DNA of 64,000 bases from positions 19,574-83,573 of the forward strand of contig CAZJFL010000009.1 in assembly GCA_964545575.1 (NCBI GenBank), read 5' to 3'. A model generated the notes under the pieces. It did no database searches and was not told where the DNA came from. It was given only the letters and a program-made list of their open reading frames with translations. Below are positions 58,875 through 64,000 of this stretch, in pieces. Numbering within the stretch: position 1 is the stretch's first letter; each line of letters begins with the position of its first letter. The stretch comes from an uncultured Planctomycetales bacterium (GTDB lineage: Bacteria > Omnitrophota > Gorgyraeia > Gygaellales > Profunditerraquicolaceae). A program made the translations under genes and the position numbers.

Positions 58875-60258
58875 GATAAAGTTTTTAGGCGGGGTAAGGA
58901 CGGTCACCGGCTCAAGCCACCTCGTTTCAACCGATAAATCCGAAATACTGCTCGATGCCGGGCTATTCCAGGGGCACCGTAACGAGTTTTACCGCGTCAA
59001 CACCGCCTTTAATTATAACCCGCATAAGCTCGACGCCTGCATTTTGTCCCACGCCCATATTGACCACTGCGGCAATATACCAGGCTTAATCAAAAAGGGG
59101 ATACGTTGCAATATCTATACCACTTCCGCCACCAAAGATTTATGCCGGGTGATGCTGGAAGATTCGGGCAAGATACAGGAAGAAGACGCAAAGTACGTCA
59201 ATAAAATTAACCGGAGGCTCGGGCTGCCCCTGGCAGAGCCGCTGTATACCAGAAAAGACGCGCTGAAAGCCGCCAGGAGGTTCCGTTCGATTTCTTACGG
59301 GCAAAGATTCTGTGTGGCTAAGGATGTTTTTGTGACCCTCTATGACGCCGGCCATATTCTTGGCTCAAGCATCATTGTTTTGGATATAAAGGACGGCTTA
59401 AAGAATATCCGTTTAGGCTACGCTGTGGATCTGGGGAGAAAGAACTTGCCTTTATTGAATGACCCGGTGGTGCCCTCGGGGCTGGATTATCTGATTCTGG
59501 AGACTACTTACGCAGATAGGGTGCATGCGCCCATCGAGGAAGCAAAGGGGAGGTTACGTGACGCCATAAACAAGACCGTGGAGCGCAGAGGCAAAGTGAT
59601 CATTCCTTCCTTTACCCTGGAGCGCACCCAGGAGGTAATTTATTTTTTAAACGCGCTGATTAGAGAAAAGGCCATCCCTTCCATTCCCGTATATGTGGAT
59701 AGCCCCATGGCTACGGATATTACCGATATCTTTAAGTACCATACTGCTTTTTTAGATGTTCAGACCCGCCGGGAGATAGAGCAGGGCAATGATCCTTTTG
59801 AATTCCTGAACCTGCGCTATATCCGCGACCAGAATGAATCCAAGAGCCTCAATACCGATAAGCGGCCGATGATTATTATTGCCGGCTCCGGCATGTGCGA
59901 ATCCGGGCGCATCCTGCACCACCTGAAAAATAATATTGAGGATACCAGGAATACCATCCTCGTGGTGGGTTATATGGCCAAAGATACTCTGGGCAAAAGA
60001 ATAGTTGACCAGGTGCGCATCGTGCGCATATTCGGGGTGGAATATGAGCTGAATGCAGAGGTCGTCGTGATTAACGCCTTTTCGGGCCACGCGGATAAAA
60101 ACGAATTAAATGATTTTATTACCGCTTGCCTCCCCCTGGAGCGTATATTCTTAGTCCACGGAGACGAAGAAAAAACCTTAGCCTTTTGCGACAACCTTTC
60201 CCGGGCGGGCCTGGCCGCCTATGTCCCGCATAAAAGCGAAGAAGTCTTGCTAGATTGA
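58864..60258 (+). CDS. MBL-fold beta-CASP RNA-metabolising hydrolase
   Basis: VTGS, SHAHIDHCG, AGHILGS, ETTY, SGMC..GRI.HHL, FSGHAD, LVHG. Confidence 0.93.
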   Translation: MAVKIKFLGGVRTVTGSSHLVSTDKSEILLDAGLFQGHRNEFYRVNTAFNYNPHKLDACILSHAHIDHCGNIPGLIKKGIRCNIYTTSATKDLCRVMLEDSGKIQEEDAKYVNKINRRLGLPLAEPLYTRKDALKAARRFRSISYGQRFCVAKDVFVTLYDAGHILGSSIIVLDIKDGLKNIRLGYAVDLGRKNLPLLNDPVVPSGLDYLILETTYADRVHAPIEEAKGRLRDAINKTVERRGKVIIPSFTLERTQEVIYFLNALIREKAIPSIPVYVDSPMATDITDIFKYHTAFLDVQTRREIEQGNDPFEFLNLRYIRDQNESKSLNTDKRPMIIIAGSGMCESGRILHHLKNNIEDTRNTILVVGYMAKDTLGKRIVDQVRIVRIFGVEYELNAEVVVINAFSGHADKNELNDFITACLPLERIFLVHGDEEKTLAFCDNLSRAGLAAYVPHKSEEVLLD

Positions 60259-60302
60259 AGTTTATATGTTAATATAAGTCCCTAATTAAGGAGGCTCTAA
60301 AA

Positions 60303-60536
60303 ATGATAGGCGGATTTTCTACACCAAAAAAAGACAGGATGATCAAGGTTTCTAACGGCGAGTGCGTCAAAACCGGCCAGATCCTGGTCAGGGGGATGAG
60401 TATTTACAAGCCGGGCGTAAACGTCAGGGGGCTCAATACCCTGCAGGCGCTTTGCGACGGACACGTTTCTTTTTCCAAAAAAAAGACGCCTTACGGTAAG
60501 GTCAGGACCTTTATCAGCGTCCTACCGAAGAAGTAG
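60303..60536 (+). CDS. rpmA: 50S ribosomal protein bL27 with atypical N-terminus
   Basis: IKV..G..V..GQILVR....YKPG.NV....TL.AL.DG.V.F; strong SD. Confidence 0.75.
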   Translation: MIGGFSTPKKDRMIKVSNGECVKTGQILVRGMSIYKPGVNVRGLNTLQALCDGHVSFSKKKTPYGKVRTFISVLPKK

Positions 60537-60555
60537 ATAACCCCGATAGCCACTA

Positions 60556-61695
60556 TTAAGCTCTGTTTATAAAATTGATTATAATACGGGCAGCGCCTGA
60601 GGCGGCGCCTTTTTCTCCGAGCGAGGATTTGACGCCGGCGAGGTCGTTCTTCATACGCTCTAATTCTTGCGGATTATTGAGGATCTTTAAGGTTGCCTGG
60701 GCTATTTTTTGCGGGCGAGCTTGAAACTGGATGAATTCCGGAATAATCTTTTTTCCTGCCACTATATTTACCATGCCGATATAAGGGACCTTTACCTGCG
60801 GCCGGTAGAACAGGTAATTCAAGAGGCCCATTTTGTAAATCACTACAAACGGCTTTTGCATAATTGCAGTTTCCAGAGTCGCCGTCCCTGAGCAGACCAA
60901 ACAGAAATCCGCGCTGTTGAGGCAATCGTAAGTTTTTCCCTCGATGATTTTTAAGTCTAAGTTAAAATTTTTAATGATGCGGTTATAAATATCCAGCTCG
61001 ACCTGATGCGGTTTAGCAACCACAAGCTGTGTATTTTTTATTTCTTTCTCTATGAGTTCTGCCGCGCCCAACATCACCGGCAAAATATTCTTAATCTCTG
61101 CTTTACGCGAGCCCGGCAGGAGCGCAATCGTGGTTTTCGATTCCGCAAGGCCGTATCTCTTTAAAAAAACACTTTTTTCCATATCGGGCCGGGCAATATC
61201 CAGCAGCGGATGGCCTACAAAATCCGCAGCCACGCCGTATTTTCTATAAAATTCCTCCTCGAATTTAAAGAGTACAATCATCTTATGGATAAAATTTTTT
61301 ATAGTTTTGACCCTACCCGGGCGGGACGCCCAGACCTGGGGGCTGACATAGTAGATAGTCGGTATGCTTTTATTGATTTTTTTAGCCAGGCGCAGGTTAA
61401 AACCGGAAAAATCCACCAGAATTACAGCCTGCGGTTTATCCTTTTTTATTTTGTTCAGGATTAGTTTTTGTAAGGTAAAGAACCGGGGCAACTTTAGGAA
61501 TACGTCGAATAGCCCCATCACGGCGAGCTCTTTTATATTATAGATAATTTCCGCCCCTGTCCGGGCCAGGTATAAGCCGCCTACCCCGGAAATCTTCATT
61601 TCGGGATTTATGGCTAAAATTGCCTGGGCAAGATTTGCCGCCTGCAGGTCTCCGGACGGTTCGCCCGAGACGATCAGGATATTTTTTTGCGCCAT
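60556..61695 (-). CDS. lpxB: lipid-A-disaccharide synthase
   Basis: GEPSGD, DFSGFNLRLA, YVSPQVWA, FVGHPL, LLPGSR, SGTATLE. Confidence 0.96.
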   Translation of the reverse strand: MAQKNILIVSGEPSGDLQAANLAQAILAINPEMKISGVGGLYLARTGAEIIYNIKELAVMGLFDVFLKLPRFFTLQKLILNKIKKDKPQAVILVDFSGFNLRLAKKINKSIPTIYYVSPQVWASRPGRVKTIKNFIHKMIVLFKFEEEFYRKYGVAADFVGHPLLDIARPDMEKSVFLKRYGLAESKTTIALLPGSRKAEIKNILPVMLGAAELIEKEIKNTQLVVAKPHQVELDIYNRIIKNFNLDLKIIEGKTYDCLNSADFCLVCSGTATLETAIMQKPFVVIYKMGLLNYLFYRPQVKVPYIGMVNIVAGKKIIPEFIQFQARPQKIAQATLKILNNPQELERMKNDLAGVKSSLGEKGAASGAARIIINFINRA

Positions 61696-62600
61696 ATCTG
61701 ATTTTGAATTTCCAGGGCTACCTTTACCGCTTCCCGGGCAACCCGGCCTGAGACTAAAGGTTCTTTGCGGGTTAAGACGCAGTCGATAAAAGATTCCAGT
61801 TCTTTTTGCAAAGGCTGCTCTTTTTCAATCGGAAGGTTGTTTTTGGTGATGGTCGAGCCGTCACGTTTATACACCGATGCCTGGGCCTCTTTGTAATCCA
61901 GGGATATATAGGTATCCTTCTGGAAGATCCGGATTTTACGCATTACCTCCTCGGATACGCGGCTGGCGGTCAGGTTGGCGACGCAGCCGTTCTTAAACCT
62001 GATGCGGGCATTGGCAATATCTTCCAAGGATGTCAGGACGCTTACGCCCACGGACTCTATTCTTTTTATTTTTGAAGAGACCAGCCCTAAGACGATATCG
62101 ATATCGTGGATCATGATATCCAGTACCGCTCCCACGTCTTGCGAGCGGTTAGGGAAAGGGCTCAAGCGGTGGCATTCGATGAACCTGGGCTCTTGAATTA
62201 TTTTTTTGGTGGCGGCGAAGGCAGAGTTAAACCTTTCGATGTGGCCTACCTGCAGGATGACATTATTTTTCTGTGCTCTTTTAATCAGGGAGTCCGCTTC
62301 TTTGAGGCTAGTAGTAAAGGGTTTTTCCACCAGCAGATCTATTTTGTGGGCGATGAAGTCAGCGCTAATTTGATAATGCAGCTTGGTAGGGGCGGCGATA
62401 CTTACCGCATCCACTTTATCGAAGAGGTCTTTATAATCCAGGTAGCCGGGGATGCCTAATTGCTGAGAAATCTGCTCTAAACGGCCTTTATCTATGTCGC
62501 AGACAGCCGCGAGAGTGCAATTCGGGATTTCTTTGTAGATTTTAGCGTGGATACTGCCCAAATGCCCCACGCCTACAACGCCGACTTTTACTTTATCCAT
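61674..62600 (-). CDS. Gfo/Idh/MocA oxidoreductase (GnnA-like UDP-GlcNAc 3-dehydrogenase)
   Basis: GVGHLG, VEKP, VGHIERFN, DIMIHDID; adjacent to lpxB; start revised to 62600. Confidence 0.85.
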   Translation of the reverse strand: MDKVKVGVVGVGHLGSIHAKIYKEIPNCTLAAVCDIDKGRLEQISQQLGIPGYLDYKDLFDKVDAVSIAAPTKLHYQISADFIAHKIDLLVEKPFTTSLKEADSLIKRAQKNNVILQVGHIERFNSAFAATKKIIQEPRFIECHRLSPFPNRSQDVGAVLDIMIHDIDIVLGLVSSKIKRIESVGVSVLTSLEDIANARIRFKNGCVANLTASRVSEEVMRKIRIFQKDTYISLDYKEAQASVYKRDGSTITKNNLPIEKEQPLQKELESFIDCVLTRKEPLVSGRVAREAVKVALEIQNQIWRKKIS

Positions 62601-62667
62601 AGCAAGAATAATAGCAGAGTAGTCATCGCCTTGCAACTAAAATTTTCTTCACGATATTTTGCGGGTC

Positions 62668-62687
62668 CCTGCCTGCCGGCAGGCAGG
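62668..62687. repeat. perfect 20-bp palindrome CCTGCCTGCCGGCAGGCAGG
   Basis: Seen directly in the intergenic region. Confidence 0.85.
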
Positions 62688-62825
62688 CTGTCTTGGCTAT
62701 TTTCTCGCAGGAGTATCTTTTGGGATTGACAAGGATTTTATCCGGCGTAGAATAGCGTTGTGGGGACAGTTCTGTCAGAACCCATTGCGGATAAGCAGGT
62801 AAAATAGAAACGGTCTAGAAAGCCA

Positions 62826-63074
62826 GTGGAAGAAAAGCGCCCGGAGGATAAGCGGTATTTTAAAACTTACTGGATAGTTATTGCTTTCCTGTGCGTAGGG
62901 CCGCTGGCTTTGCCGTTGGTCTGGTTCAATCCTCGTTTTAGCCGGAAAACGAAGGTAATTGTAACTATAGTAATTCTTATTTTAACCTATTATTTAGGTT
63001 CTTTCCTGATGAATTCCCTGCGCTCGATAAAAGAATATTACGGCATAATCTTTAAATCCTCAGACCGTTTCTAA
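62826..63074 (+). CDS. small membrane protein
   Basis: Two hydrophobic segments, GPLALPLVW.NPR motif. Confidence 0.65.
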   Translation: MEEKRPEDKRYFKTYWIVIAFLCVGPLALPLVWFNPRFSRKTKVIVTIVILILTYYLGSFLMNSLRSIKEYYGIIFKSSDRF

Positions 63075-63182
63075 GTAACCCCCAACTAGTAAATTACTTC
63101 TGTTTACCTAAAAGGCTCGACAAAAGCCGATGAATATGATATCATTTAACTTTAAACCCATACCAGAAAAAGGGATACCTTT

Positions 63183-64000
63183 ATGAAGGATTACCGCAAG
63201 TTATTCCGCTTCGCCGAGCCTTATTACAGGGAGCTTGTCTTATCCGGCATCCTGATGGCCGTAGTTACTTTCTTTGATATCTTCCGTTTAAGCGCCATCG
63301 TGCCCATCGTGGACAGGGTCTTTACCAATAAGCCTATCACCCTTGTCCATGCTAAGCTTCCTCCCTTTGTGGAGAATATCCTGAATTGGCTCAATACCCA
63401 AGAGCCAATAAAGGTGCTGTACGTGATGCTGATCGTAGTGCCCGTCGCTCTAATCATCAGGGCCGGTGTTGATTTCCTGCAGTCATATATGATGTCCGGT
63501 GTCGGCCAAAAGGTGATCCGGGACGTCAGGACCCTGATTTACGACAAACTGCAGAGCTTATCCCTGGATTATTTTACCCATAAAAGAAGCGGTGAGCTTA
63601 TCTCGCGCATCACCAATGACGTCAGGATGATAGAAAATGCCGTATCCTATGCGCTTACCGACCTGGTCTATCAGTCATTTGAAGTCGTCGCCTATGCAGC
63701 GGTTTGCGTGATCATCAACTGGAAGATGGCCCTGGGTGCGCTGATAGTCCTACCTCTGGTAGCCGTCCCGATGATCATGGTCGGCAAAGTATTGCGTAAA
63801 TTAAGCAAGAGATCGCAGGAGAAAATGGCGGACATCAATTCTTTGCTGGTTGAGACTTTCACCGGCGTCAGAATCGTACGGGCATTCTGCGCCGAAGAAA
63901 TAGAAGTGGATAAATTTAAAAAACAGAACCACGAGTATTATAGAATCGCCATGAAATCCATAAAACGCATGCTGATTTTAGGAAATGCTACGGAATTTAT
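63183..64000 (+). CDS. msbA: MsbA-like ABC exporter, N-terminal membrane domain (3' truncated; missing from the ORF track)
   Basis: MKDYRKLFRFAEPY...IYDKLQSLSLDYF...SGELISRITND...ETFTGVRIVRAF; near lpxB. Confidence 0.8.
   Translation, partial: MKDYRKLFRFAEPYYRELVLSGILMAVVTFFDIFRLSAIVPIVDRVFTNKPITLVHAKLPPFVENILNWLNTQEPIKVLYVMLIVVPVALIIRAGVDFLQSYMMSGVGQKVIRDVRTLIYDKLQSLSLDYFTHKRSGELISRITNDVRMIENAVSYALTDLVYQSFEVVAYAAVCVIINWKMALGALIVLPLVAVPMIMVGKVLRKLSKRSQEKMADINSLLVETFTGVRIVRAFCAEEIEVDKFKKQNHEYYRIAMKSIKRMLILGNATEF

Overview
A gene-dense bacterial chromosome segment, almost all on the + strand. Gene content suggests a diderm anaerobe, possibly Ca. Omnitrophota/PVC (inference only). In order it holds: htpX-dapA-dapB-dapL-folK-panC-nadX; a small basic duplicated protein; uvrA broken by one in-frame TAA inside a heptamer repeat; a TPR/ExbB/ExbD/TonB-like cluster; nadE-Lrp-aminotransferase-glnA(alpha)-GAF/ANTAR; a HAD/class-III aminotransferase/esterase/EamA cluster; an RsbW-STAS-MlaEFD-FecR-beta-barrel-CHASE2/PP2C operon; a ~23 kb nitrogen supercluster (nfnAB-gdhA, GAF-ANTAR, FMN glutamate synthase, sigma factor, amtB-glnK, glnA(beta), Fis-like, gltBD, pyrG-carA-carB(N half)-purF); a minimal KdpD/KdpE pair with trkH; DUF1846, DedA, an MBL nuclease, rpmA, lpxB, a gnnA-like gene and a partial msbA-like gene. 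The best candidate for a new system is a nitrogen regulatory circuit. Seven leaders carry ANTAR-type hairpins overlapping intrinsic terminators. One of them controls a sigma factor, and a motif GTTACCAAAA-N13-ACTTGTA, possibly its promoter, is repeated exactly before amtB and glnA. Also notable are families of covarying, nested REP/BIME-like hairpin elements, heptamer repeats inside ORFs, a partner-switch module built into an Mla/MCE operon, and two small ORFs missing from the ORF track. All protein family calls come from motif recognition by eye; no database search was run.
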